Assembly (NCBI GenBank): GCA_964016885.1
Contig: OZ024740.1
Location: 131,936,001-132,000,000, forward strand
Direction of reading: 5' to 3'
DNA: 64,000 bases
Source: Eledone cirrhosa
Lineage: Eukaryota
Below are positions 1 through 12,297 of the stretch, in pieces. The notes below the pieces were generated by a model, which ran no database searches, had not been told where the DNA came from, and was given only the letters and a program-made list of their open reading frames with translations. Made by a program: the position numbers and the translations under genes. Numbering within the stretch: the stretch's first letter is position 1; every line of letters starts with the position of its first letter.

Positions 1-2590
1 GTACGAATAAGACCAATAGTGAGAGGTACGAGAAAGAACTATACCACATCGCGTGGGTTAACAAGAGAGGTAGAGTGAACTTAGGTAGAGTGAATTGTTG
101 AAAAAGTATATTGCAGTCTCCATTTCCACAAAAAATGGCGACGAGTCTTTGTCCTGGGAGGTGTGGGTTGGACGCACAACAATTGCTTATCCTGACACGA
201 CAAATAGTGTTCAGATTGGAGCATGCTCTTACCATTGCAACCTGGAACATCAGAGCTTTGGCTGAAAGATAGATCGCTGTGGGTGGTGCAAAAAAGGAGA
301 CAGAAAACAGACCCTTCTTTAATGAATTCACTGCAGCATGAGATATAGTTAAGACTGAGTGATATATCCTGATCTGATACTTCAATGCACATGTTTCAAT
401 GATTACACGACATGAAAAGGAGAGATTGTTTGAAATAGCGCGCCCGATCTAAATACGAATATAGAGGACATTTTACACGACTGTTCTAGCAATGGACTCT
501 CTATTGAAAAACTTCCTTCCAGCAAAGAGACATTAAATAAACATGGCATAATGATAATCAGGGCCAGCGATCTAGAATTGATTTTATTATTGTCTCTTAT
601 TTCTTCGATTCTGGGATTGATGTTCGAGAAGGGGTGAACTGTCAAGTGAACACCAGCTATACATCTGCGGCTTGAGACTACCTAAACCAAAGAAGCTCAT
701 ATATGTGGCATGTCCAGTGCGACCTGCAGAATAAAGTGGAAGAGTTAATTTATAAAGAAGTCAGAAGCAGGTATGCAGATATTATTGGATCCAAATTCAT
801 AGACTCCATGACAAACTGAGGACGTTCCACATTTCTTGATTCAGCTGTTAAATGCTGCCGGTAGAAGAGGCTTGGTGGAACGCTGCATTCCAGGTGGAAC
901 CCTTGCTTCAATCAAGTGGTCAATGATGCCAACCAAGCAAAGAAGGAGGCCTGCAAACCCTTGGCTTGGAAATAAGATCACCTTCCTGAACTTACAGTAC
1001 GAGCAGGCACGAAATATTGCAGCAAAGACTTCAGATGAGTAATTAAAGTTTTGCGGCAGACCGTCAAGGTAATTCGTAATAAAAATCCCCCGTCTACACC
1101 TGTTATAATAAATGCGCCTGGGGTTCTCCTCAATCAGAAAGGTGAATCCTCGCGTAATGGAGGGAACATTGCTGACCTCCCAACCCTATCACAATAGGAT
1201 CTTCTGGTGTACAAGTGGTGCAATGGGAGCGATGACTAATATTTCAGAGGCTGTGATCACACCATCCGTTACAGAACTCAAATATAGCAATACCTTTGGG
1301 AAAGATGAAATCCCGTCCGAGATGTAAAGTGCCTTAAATGAAGAACGTATTCTCTGGCTGACTCAAGTGCTCCGGAGGCCAGGCTCTCTGTAAAGGCACA
1401 CAAACCATCCAAATATACATAAAAAGAGTGATCCAATTACACAAAGATCTTCTTGTTAGCTTATTCACCAAAGTCTATGCTATAGAAAGTCTAGGCTAAG
1501 AGATGTACCGAGATTATCGCCTCCAAGTTAACTTATTAATAGATGATTTTATTCACTCTGCGGCAGATCTTCGAGAAATCATGGTCTTGTCAAGAGGTAT
1601 ATTCCTGATTTATACATCTCAAAAAGTCATATGACTGCTTTTCTCGGGACCTGTTGTGGAAGGTTCTGCAGCTGTATGGATATATATGTTTACTTTCTTG
1701 GTACTCAGATGTCTCCATACAAATTCCCAAGTAGTTGTGTTAGGATAAATGGTGCTAAATTCAAACCATTTAATGTGGGATTTAGCCTCTACGAGGGGTG
1801 CGTGCTGTCACGTCACCAATTCTGAAATTTCCTGAACATGATTTACATGCGCTTCCGGGTTGGAAGATTTATTTGGAGACGACAAGGTGTTACTTAACTC
1901 CAGAGAAGTTGATCTTCGACTTGCACTTGATAGGTTTGGTGCCGAGAGCAGCATGGTGGCAATGAAAAATCATTGCTGCGAAAGCTGAGAATCTTTCTCT
2001 CAATAAACTCAGTTCAGTGCACTCTACATGTAAATGGAGCTCTGCAGAAGCAAGTGGAGATGTTTAAGTATCTTGTAGTCGCGTTAATGTGTGAGGGAAG
2101 ATAGGAAGATGAATGAAGGGTAATAATTTATAGGAACTTGAGAAGTAATGCAACTTATACAGCGTAACGAGAAGAAGGGAGGTAGCTGTAAAAGCCAATC
2201 TCGCAATCTTCAATTCGGATCATGCCAACCCTTGTCTATGGTCTTGTATCTTGGGTAATGGCCGTACAAATACTATCTAGAATACAAGCGGACGAAATGG
2301 GATTCCATCGAAGGAGCATCGTTAGTCGATAAAGTGCGTACCTTGGAGATAAGAGAATCACTCAAGGTGGAACCGCTACTTCGAAGAATTGAGTGATTAA
2401 AGTTCCAATATATGGACCTGTAGTAAGAACGCCACAAGGAATAATCTATTGAGAGATTTTACATACAAATGTGGCAGAACCAGATGTAGTTGGCTGGATA
2501 ACATCTTTGAACTTCACTAGTTTCGCTTGTTATACCAGACAGATAAGTTAGAAGACACAGACCTCATGAACTTATCAGGAATAATTGGGC
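1..2590 (+). mobile_element. Heavily decayed RTE-clade (Expander/RTE-1-like) LINE
   Basis: Motif remnants in the expected order: APE-like FNAHV (~380-395); RT SCVRINGAKFKPFNVGFSLYEGCVLS (ORF 1631-1825; cf. VRQGCVLSP); VEMFKYL (~2053-2074); PTLVYG..SWVM and IQADEMGFHRR (~2225-2315). Many stops and frameshifts. Confidence 0.7.
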
Positions 2591-3173
2591 GAAGAAAATG
2601 CACATTTAATCTATAAACAACTGATACATATAAGTATATATTCGCAGCCCGTGTATAATTATATGCTTAGTAATTTACATATTTGGTATGATGTAATATT
2701 TAACATAAAACATACTTTGAGTCCATCATGGTTATATAAATGTTCGCTATGTATATATATATTGAAAATTATACGCTTACGTCTCTCATTTCTCAAACAA
2801 AATCACATATTTTGTGAAAGTTATAAACTTTGTTCACTGCGTGTCTATTACACATATGCGATTTTATATCCAAATAAGTTTACATCCAATAGTGTATGTA
2901 ATTATAGGAATCAATCATAAAAATAGTGTTAATTTCAAACAAACAATCATATATCGGCAATTAAGTCTTCAATGTTCAAAGCGGTGCCTAAAAAATGAAT
3001 ATAGCAACATAAATAAGAATTCATGACATGGATTATTTCTTCTTCTTCTTCCCGACTGGTGCCTTGAGAAAACATCATCAAACTTCACCACTGATCATAT
3101 AAAAAAAATCGAAATAAGAGAAGTGAGCTTTAAGCCAACGTTGTGTATTTCTGTTTTATTCGTTCAATTTCTA

Positions 3174-3229
3174 GCTGTCTGATGAGGTCATAGCTGTTGC
3201 ATAATGGTTATCACCAAAATACATATAGC
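3174..3229 (+). ncRNA. Decayed PLE-type hammerhead ribozyme motif
   Basis: GCTGT-CTGATGA, then a long stem II (GGTCATAGCTGTT/AATGGTTATCACC), AAAA in place of GAAA, and ATAGC closing stem I. The core is mutated. Confidence 0.4.
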
Positions 3230-5009
3230 CGCGATTCTGAATATACGAAGCTAATGTTAACCTCCTCTTGTTTTTAAATAACTTGCATACTGAAGAGTAT
3301 ATATATATATATATAGATATGTATGATTTGATATATAAATGGCTTCTACAGCACTAGACTTGATGATTTCGAAGGAAATCATCAGGAAACCCCGGGACTC
3401 ATATATATATATATATGAAAACAGGTTGAAAGGGACGATTATATACATAAATAAACCAGCAACTATAGCCAGTATTCGTACTCGCATATGACTTCATAAC
3501 ATGTACCTTGTTTTTTCTAAAAGATTTTAAGTTCCAAAGTAATATTTCTGCACAGTTAAATACCCTCTACATCCTCACTCGATCAAGTATCGTAGGCTGA
3601 ATCCTGTTGAAGTTTCACATACTGGCTGACATAATCAAAACCAAATTTGTTTTGATTAATGTAAATCCTCTTGTGCTTGGTGGTAAAAAAAATGTTAGCA
3701 TGAAACTTTATATGAAGATATATGATATGTTGATATTTGCACACAACTAATCATGAATGGAAGACTGATTCAAATACGTTCAGTGGGACAAACTTAGTTA
3801 CATGGAAGTGTTAAGGATATATTATATAATTATACTTTCAAACATCATAAACATTTGCTTCAGTGCCTAAAAATATAGTCATGTTTAGATGATTTATTTT
3901 GCAAAACGAACTCTGGCTGGAAACGTAACAATATATGAGGTATTTAAAAGCGCAGAAATACTTCCCTCAAAAGATTTTATAAAGCTATTCACAAATTCAT
4001 AACTATATAATTTGAGTTGGTACCAGTTACACTCCTTCGTTCAGAGAGTTATGTTACAAGAAGGTATATGATGAAACCTTAACCATGGAATATCAGTAGA
4101 GTAGTTACGAAGTAAGTATTCATAGATATACTAGTGATGCCTATTTAGCTCTAATAGTAAAAGTTCTTAGTTATAACAGTTGCTTTTAAATTTCTATTCG
4201 TTCCCTTTAAATGTTACACTTTCAGATATCTATATGCTAAGTACATAATATAGCTTTACCAAGACGTAAATGATTCTGAATAGTATACGTTTAGTCGTTA
4301 TTTTGTTAAGCTTTGTGTAATAAAAAGAAATGAAATAAAAAGTTCTTATAAGAAAACGTCTCTTATGGTTGTTAAGTTGCAAAAGAGGCAGTTTTAGTAT
4401 GTTGGAAGTTTTGTGGTGCTGTCATTTTTTACTACTTCTTTATACAAATAGTGAAATTATCCAGTGAACCATTACATAAACACTGCCATAGAAAAGTTGT
4501 CAAAAGTGACATCTCCCAGGGACAAATGAATGTAACTTAGCTTGAAATTGCTTGAAATAGAATGCAAGAAGTATGGTCCCATCCTAAAACTTTATCCATC
4601 CTTATGATATTAATCAGCATTGGCTCTGAAACGCCGTAGTTATAAGGAAATGAGTGAAATATAAATTATTACATGGAAGATTAATTTATATGAGTGAGTG
4701 TGGATAAATATGTCTAGGCGATCTACAAAATAAACAGTTAAAATGTGACAAACGTGAACAGTAATCAATTTCGACAATGCAAGTTCACCTTATTTCTTCG
4801 ATCTATTTAAGAAATATGCATTACGTTGTTTTCTCATTTCCTAAACCCTTGATTCTGTACTGGAACATTCCATTCGTTTAGAATAGTAGAAAGTGAAATA
4901 TATGCTAGCGTATATGAAGCATGAACACGTTAGTTTATATTTCACTTTCTGCTATTGTAAACGAATGGAATTACCCAGTAACAAATCAAGAGTTTTGGAA
5001 ATAAGGAAA

Positions 5010-5014
5010 TATAC

Positions 5015-5095
<81 letters not shown>
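5010..5095. repeat. (TA)n microsatellite, left flank of the PLE chain
   Basis: Direct sequence. Confidence 0.95.
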
Positions 5096-5099
<4 letters not shown>

Positions 5100-5356
5100 T
5101 ACTTGGGGAGGGTCATATTTGTGTAATAATATTGCCAGAATTAATAACATAACACACTCACTGTTTGGTTGGTTTTCGCTTCTGTGTCTTTTATATCGGT
5201 TAATTTAATTTATTCGGTCCTCAACGTTGCCATTGACTGACCAAAGGTCAAAAATACAGATAAAATATAAACACAAACACATATATATATATATAGTCTA
5301 CCAACCACAATGGTAGAAATAACAGTAACAACAACAATAACGGTGGAGAAAACAAC

Positions 5357-5455
5357 AACAATACATCTAACAATCACATCAACAATACATCTAGCAATCA
5401 TAACAACAATACATCTAACAATCACAGCAACAATACGTCTAGCAATCATAACAAT
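5357..5455 (+). repeat. Four-copy 24-nt tandem repeat at the PLE 5' end
   Basis: ACAATACATCTA(A/G)CAATCA(C/T)ANCA repeated four times. Confidence 0.75.
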
Positions 5456-5559
5456 AATAATAATGCTAATGATAGGGACAACAACAACCAACTTAATAAC
5501 AATAATAGCAACACACACAGCTATGATGATAGATATAATGACAACCCCTTAGAGAAACT

Positions 5560-7820
5560 ATTCTTCAACCCAGCTGACAAAACATATAAGATGGGTAATA
5601 TCTATCCTACGAGGTTACCCCTTAATAAAAGAGTTTGCAAACCACAAGAAATAGATGACGAGACAGAGGCACAGTTCACCATAGCTAGAAATAAGATTAG
5701 ACAAATAGTAGACCGGTATACTAAGAGACAGAGCAGACCAGAGGTCCAACAACTTGGGAGGAAACCTGTAGAAGGCGTGGTTAGCCTCCAGCAGCTCACA
5801 AGGGATGGTGAGGTAGTATGCCTACCCACGGATAAGTCTGGTATGATGTCAATAGAAGCATGCCGAACTACATCAATGCTATGCAACCCCACTTCACCAA
5901 CACGAGCGAAATTTCACAGCAAATACATGATGGGAGAGATACAATCCTCAACGCTCACGTGATGATGTTAACCGACATCCTAAAGCCAAGCAGACGCACT
6001 GCCAACAACTTCCAGGCGTCTAACAATGGCATACCACCCTTGTATGGGCTCCGCAAAGACCACAAGACAGTCGACGACCCGACAACAGGACCACCAACAA
6101 GAGATGTATGCGGAGCAAATATAGCTAGCAACTGCAGGATCTCCTATTACCTCTCAATGGTTATACGCCCCATAATCAAGATGTCCCAGATGTAAGTGAC
6201 AGTACAGAGGACCTCCTCAGCAGAATCAGTGAGTGCAACAAACACAGGAACCTATCCAACTGCATAATAGGCAGTATGGATATGGTATCACTGTACCCAT
6301 CCATTAACATTGATTTTGCTGTGGTAAAATATCTGGAGATGATCATTGAGAGTGAGGTGGAGTTCTTCGACGTCGACACAGACGAACTGGGTCTCCTTTT
6401 TAGACATACCTACGACACTGACTAACTGGACAGCCATGACCTTAGACGTTTCTGCCCCAGTAGACCCATAAGAGGTAGACCCCTCACCATAACCTCAATG
6501 GCTAAAAAGACTCCCATGGGAAGGTGGATTGGATGGACCAAAGCTATACGGACGCCCCAAAACAATGATCAGGTAACAAAAAGTCGCACATGAATAGGGT
6601 CTAGTATCAAAACTACCTTAAAGGGCCACATATTCAAGTTCAATGAGAAGATCTACACCCAAAATGAGGGAGCAGCCATTGGCGACAGCATAGCTGGTGA
6701 CGTTGCCAAACTTTTTATGGTATGGTGGGAGAGGAGACTCAAACATCACCTTGATGAAAGCTCCATAGACCTCATCATGTACTCTCGTTACGTAGACGAC
6801 ATCAATATAGTAATAAGGACATCCCCACAAGAGAGCACTAACAAGTTTGATTTAGAACGTAGCACAATGGAAAGCATCCAGCAGATAGCTAATTCCATAC
6901 ACCAGAGTATAACTGTAACTATCGACTACCCTTCCAAACACCCTAACAATAGACTATCTGTATTAAACAGGGAACTCTGGATTAACGCTATAGACGAGAG
7001 AGCCCAAACTCTCCACTCAGTCTCTGCTAAACACATGGTCTCCAAATACCTAGGACGTATCCCGCATGTGCGACCAAAAAGAAATGGAAAGACACATTCA
7101 ACACTTCATCAACCGCATGCAGTTCTCTGGCTACAACCAAAGAGACAGAATCAGAGTATACGAAGGTACCAGGGAGAAGTATAATACCCTCATAGAACTG
7201 GACATGAAAGTAATTTGCCCATTATACAGGAGCAAATCCTGGAATAGCTTAGATAGGACTAGACATAAGATAGGGAAAGCCACATCATGGTACGACAACC
7301 AGAGATACCAGAGTGTCATGTTTGTGGATGCTACCCCTGGAGGGAAATTAGCTAATCAGTGTAGAAAGGCCCTGAGAAAGACCCACTTAAAGATTAAGGT
7401 GGTAGAAAAGCCAGGAACCACCATAAAATCCCTGATCAGCATAACGACCCTTTTAAGAAAACCCACTGTACTAATAGGAAATGTATCATAGGCAAGGTAA
7501 ACACCCGGATAAACTGTAAAACTAGAAACGTAGTCTATAGCATAAGATGTACATAGGGTACTTGCAGAAACATAACTACAAGATACATAGGCTAGACAGC
7601 TTGTAGCATAGGTGAACAGATAGACCGACACTGGGGGGAACTAAAATTACGAAAAAAGGGTTCAGTACTATACGAACATGCCAGACAACAACACACCAGT
7701 AACATAGATGACATAGAAGTTACAATAATATCTAAACATAGAAATGACCCAGCATATAGGCAAATCAGAGAGGCCAGCGAAATTGAACTTAGAAGGCCAA
7801 GGCTAAACAGAAAAAAATGA
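5560..7820 (+). pseudogene. Frameshifted PLE reverse transcriptase-GIY-YIG ORF
   Basis: PPLYGLRKDHK...PPTRDVCGA, GSMDMVSLYPSI (motif A), QNEGAAIGDSIAGDVAKLFM (motif B), YSRYVDDI (motif C), then CKTRNVVYSIRC...YIG (GIY-YIG). Split over several ORFs. Confidence 0.8.
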
Positions 7821-7866
7821 ATGGAATAACAACACCCCAAAAAACCACACTTACATAAGAGATTTA

Positions 7867-7901
<35 letters not shown>

Positions 7902-8134
7902 ATACATACACAAGCACAATAACAACAAACACATATAAACACACACTAGTAAACTAAGATAGAATATATTACCCAATACACAGTCACCCAAACACGAACA
8001 CACATCAAACAAAACACTATACACACACGCAAACGCATGCGCAGAGAAGACAAAAAAAAATAAACAAATAAATAATTACATAAACAGACAAATAAAGATG
8101 GCGTAAGCATACAATGCAACGGGAGGAAACATAA

Positions 8135-8190
8135 TAGCAACACTGACGATGTTGCAGATGTGCAACGAAAGAACTTTGATAGACTATATA
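8135..8190 (+). ncRNA. Minimal hammerhead ribozyme at the PLE 3' pLTR
   Basis: CTGACGA-T-GTTGCA(GATG)TGCAAC-GAAA-GAAC-TT. Core boxes and stem II are intact; stem I is weak. Confidence 0.55.
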
Positions 8191-8438
8191 TATGTGTTTG
8201 TGACTATATTGTATCTGTATTTATGACCGTTGGTCAGTCAATGGCAAGATTGAGCACCGAATGAATTAAATTAACCGATATAAAAGACACAGAAGCGAAA
8301 ACCAAACAAACAGTGAGTGTGTTCTGTTATTAATTCTGGCAATATTATTACACAAATATGATCCTCCCTAAGTATAACAATATTTGTTTCGACACACGAT
8401 TTCATATCAAAAACCTCGCAAAACTAATTCATCGCATG

Positions 8439-8485
<47 letters not shown>

Positions 8486-8873
8486 GAAAACACAGGTAAG
8501 GATTAGGAGAAGGATTTTATCCAGGTATTTAGGACCGTTTCATTGGTAAGTGCAACCTTTTATTACTATACTGCAAATAGCAGCCACTCATTTATAATTG
8601 TTGTTCACGTCCAAATTGTCAAAATAGTGAGTAAGTTACTCATGAAATAGTTCTTAATATATTAGAGAAAAACTTTTTTGGAATTTTATTTACTAGTATA
8701 GAGAGAGAGAAAGGGGTAGAAGAGTTAGGAAGTAGAGTGACAAACTGAGATGGAGGGAGGGTTAGAGGTGGAAGGATACCTTGATCAGTTTTGATACGTA
8801 GACTTCATGTCGTCGAATGTAGTAGGTTAAAGAGAATTAAATTAATCATAGTGGGAGGGATGGAGGGAGAGAT

Positions 8874-8940
<67 letters not shown>

Positions 8941-9204
8941 ATATGAAGGATTAAATATATATATATATAAATTAAAGATAAAAATAATAATGATAAAAAT
9001 AAATGTAAGGAACGGGGGAGAAAGAAGAAAAGAAAAGATAGCCAAAAAGGGGAGGGAAGAAAGGAATAAAACGAAGAAATAGAAGAGGAATGAAGGAGAA
9101 CTGGGGGATATAGGTATTGGTTTGTGTGGGTAATTAAAGGGGTTAGATACAATAAGAGGGTATAAAGTCTAAGTATATGCAGTTTATCAGTTGGTAGTAA
9201 GAGG

Positions 9205-9825
9205 TTAAGGGTTCGATTTGCACTTGTAGTGCGAAAACTTTTCTTTGAGTCTACGGTTACAATAAATTGATCTTTCGATTTTATTGTTGAGTAACTTATT
9301 CTTCGAACTCAGAATGTGGAACAGCTCAAGGTCACATAATCGACAGCTTCTCATACCACTCCGATATGGGGGCGCGTTCGATAATTTTTTCGACTTCAGG
9401 GTGTATTGATGGTTACTTTCCCTCAGTTGCCAGGTCTTGTTTGCAAGGGTAGTTACATAACGATGCTGGGAATGTGTCATTGCCTAACGGTGTGTATACC
9501 AACGGGCTTTAAATGTATTCCCAGTCGCTCCGATGTAATACCATTTCTGGTTGTCTGATTCCACTGTGCATTGGTAAACCAGGTTACACTGCATATATTC
9601 AGTATGTAATGGACAGGTTTCAGGTAGGTGGCAGCTACCATTCTTGTCATGGGCAACTTTGGCATTATCGGTGGGCTGCGATGCCTGTACAATTGTGTTA
9701 CGTTGTGTTTGCCTATTAGTGGGTGGTTGTGTACTAGATATTATGTTGTGTTCAATGGTGATTGTATTGTTATTGTTATAAATTTGTGTTCTGGTGTTGT
9801 TATGTATCTTTTTAGCGTTAACCAT
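9205..9825 (-). pseudogene. PLE GIY-YIG endonuclease remnant (left arm)
   Basis: CHLPETCPL...NLVYQCTV...YYIGATGNTFKARWYTH*...CRLCDLE...LNNKIE...CNR, with an internal stop. Confidence 0.75.
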
Positions 9826-9854
9826 CTTAATGTGTACCTTTATATTTCAATCAG

Positions 9855-10638
9855 CATTGAACACAACAGAATATCTAATACACAACCACCCACTAATAGG
9901 CAAACAAAACGTAACACACTTGTACAGGCATCGCAGCCCACCAATAAAGCCAAAGTTGCCCATGACAAGAATTGTAACTGCCACATACCTGAAACCTGTC
10001 CATTACATATGAATGTATGCAATGGACAGGTTGATTGGCAGTATCGGTAGGCGGTGGATTGGCAGTATCGGTAGAGGGTCGAACGCCATGCTTTCCAGCA
10101 TAGTTACGTCCCTTTACGATCTGAGTTCAAATCCCGCCGAGGTTGACTTTGCCTTTCATCCTTACGGGGTCGATAAAATAAAGTACCAGTAAAGCACTGG
10201 GTAATTGCTGGCATTGTACCTAAAGTAGAAACAATTACATATGAATGTATGCAGTCTAACTTAGTTTACCAATGCACAGTGGAATCAAGCAACCAGAAAT
10301 GGTATTACATCGGAGCGACTGTGAATACATTTAAAGACCGTTGGTATACACATAGTTACGCAATGAAATATTCCCAGCATCGTTATGTAACTACCCTTGC
10401 AAACAAGACCTGGCAACTGAGGGAAAGTAACCATCAATACACCCCGAAGTGGAAAAAATTATCGAACGCGCTCCCATATCGGAGTGGTATGAGAAGCTGT
10501 CGATTATGTGACCTTGAGCTGTTCCACATTCTGTGTTCAAAGAATAAGTTACTCAACAATAAAATCGAAAGATCAATTTATTGTAACCATAGACTCAAAG
10601 AAAAGTGTTCGCTCTACAAGTGCAAATCGAACCCTTAA
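9855..10638 (+). pseudogene. PLE GIY-YIG endonuclease remnant (right arm), interrupted by a SINE
   Basis: CNCHIPETCPL, then ORF 10249-10638 NLVYQC...YYIGAT..FKDRWYTH...CRLCDLE...LNNKIE. This CxC..CPL / CxLC layout resembles Naiad-type PLE endonucleases. Confidence 0.75.
10022..10233 (+). mobile_element. tRNA-derived SINE with 20-bp target-site duplication
   Basis: A-box-like TGGCAGTATCGG, B-box GAGTTCAAATCC, core GACTTTGCCTTTCATCCTTACGGGGTCGATAAA. TSD ATTACATATGAATGTATGCA at 10002-10021 and 10234-10253. Confidence 0.9.
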
Positions 10639-10861
10639 CCTCTTACTACCAACTGACACACTGCATATAATTAGACTGTATACCCTCTTATTGTATCTAA
10701 CCCCTTTAATTACCCACACAAACCAATACCTATATCCCTCAGTTATCCTTCGTTCCTCTTCTATTTCTTCGTTTTCTTCGTTTCTTCCCTCCCCTTTTTG
10801 GCTATCTTTTATATTCTTCTTTCTCCCCCCTTCCTTACATTTATTTTTATCATTATTATGT

Positions 10862-10935
<74 letters not shown>

Positions 10936-11486
10936 TGATGAATTTAATTCTCTTTAACTCACTACATTCGACGACATGAAGTCTACGTATCAAACATGAT
11001 CAAGGAAATCTTCCACCTCTACCCCTCCCCCCATCTCAGTTTGTCACTCTACTTCCTAACTCCTCTCCCCTTCCCCTCTCTCTATACTATTCCGTTTGTC
11101 CCCTCACTTTCTAATTCCCCTTCCTCTCTCTCTATACTAGTAAATACAATTCCAAAAAAATGTTTTTTTCTATATATTAAGAACTATTTCAAGAGTAACT
11201 TACTCACTATTTTGAAAATATGGACGTGAACAACAATTATAATTGAGTGGCTGCTATTTGCAGTATAGCAATATAAGGTTGCACTTACCAATGAAACGGT
11301 CATAAATACTTGGATAAAATCCTTCTCTTAATGCTTATCTGTGTTTTCTCTTTTATACTTTATACTCCAAGATTGAACGGAATTCTTACAAACTTGTGGA
11401 GTTACCCCTAACTGTACGTTGAAACCGTCCATGAAACTGGCTTTCTTAACCACGAACTGGATCACAATAAGCAATTTTCTGCTTCC

Positions 11487-11526
<40 letters not shown>

Positions 11527-11738
11527 CGTTTCTGAATTTGTTTAGCAAGATTCTTTATCTGAAATCGTGTGTTGAAACCGATATTGTTATACTTTGGGAG
11601 GGTAATGTTGCCAATAAGAAACACACGCACCAGTTGCTTTCACTTCAATTTATTATATATTTATAAATTTACAAATTTACAAATCTATAAATTTCTGGTT
11701 AGTTGGTTGGTTCCACAACCAGATAGTTGTTTATATAT

Positions 11739-11783
11739 AGTCATAGTCCTTTCGTCACACACTATGTGACCTCTTCAGTGACT
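11739..11783 (-). ncRNA. Minimal type I hammerhead ribozyme (minus-strand copy)
   Basis: Exact reverse complement of 11868-11912. Confidence 0.75.
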
Positions 11784-11867
11784 GGGGATTCATTTCTTTG
11801 TTTCTGTGCCTTTCCTTTCTTCTGTCCTACGCCAAGGAAAGGCACAGAAACAATGAAAGGAATCCCC

Positions 11868-11912
11868 AGTCACTGAAGAGGTCACATAGTGTGTGACGAA
11901 AGGACTATGACT
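11868..11912 (+). ncRNA. Minimal type I hammerhead ribozyme
   Basis: Stem I AGTCA/TGACT, CTGAAGA, stem II GTCACA(TAGTG)TGTGAC, GAAA, 2-bp stem III AG(GA)CT, cleavage triplet CUA. Confidence 0.75.
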
Positions 11913-12062
11913 ATATATAAACAACTATCTGGTTGTGGAACCAACCAACCAACCAGAAATTTATAGATTTGTAAATTTGTAAATTTCTAAATATATAATA
12001 AATTGAAGTGAAAGCAACTGGTGCGTGTGTTTCTTATTGGCAACATGACCCTCCCAAAGTAT

Positions 12063-12168
<106 letters not shown>

Positions 12169-12188
12169 ATGTATGTATATATATATAT

Positions 12189-12297
12189 ATACTTGGGGAG
12201 GGTCATATTTGTGTAATATTGCCAGAATTAATAAAAATAATAAAAATAATAAAAATAATAAAAATAATAAAATTAATAAAAAACCTCGCAAAACTAT
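12189..12297 (+). mobile_element. ~110-bp miniature of the 5096-8435 PLE (both ends plus a 9-mer filler repeat)
   Basis: Starts ATACTTGGGGAGGGTCATATTTGTGTAAT (as at ~5099) and ends AAAAACCTCGCAAAACTA (as at ~8409-8426). The middle is (AATAATAAA)n. Confidence 0.75.

Larger units (their letters stand above)
5096..8435 (+). mobile_element. Penelope-like element (RT + C-terminal GIY-YIG) with inverted pseudo-LTRs, flanked by (TA)n
   Basis: 5096-5305 is the reverse complement of 8178-8378. Internal RT and GIY-YIG remnants are present. The 3' pLTR carries an extra tail (to ~8435) that the inverted 5' copy lacks, as is typical of PLEs. Confidence 0.85.
8480..11490. mobile_element. Large foldback of a PLE 3' region (GIY-YIG + pLTR), Naiad-like; no RT
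   Basis: Left arm ~8480-9763 is the diverged reverse complement of right arm ~9849-11357. The right arm has an extra tail to ~11490. (TA)n lies on both sides, and the internal (GA)n/(CT)n tracts are mirrored. Confidence 0.8.

Noticed and set aside
3361-3388. Hairpin TGATGATTTC-GAAG-GAAATCATCA with CTGATGA and GAAA on the minus strand
   Set aside because: The boxes are sequestered in one simple stem; there is no hammerhead topology.
10960-11020. Possible SECIS (ATGA...AA...GA) downstream of the Naiad-like endonuclease
   Set aside because: No complementary stem closes the motif, and I see no in-frame TGA at Cys positions.
11255-11315. GAAACGGTC suggesting a hammerhead in the large foldback pLTR
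   Set aside because: The CTGANGA box is absent in both arms, so it is too decayed to call.
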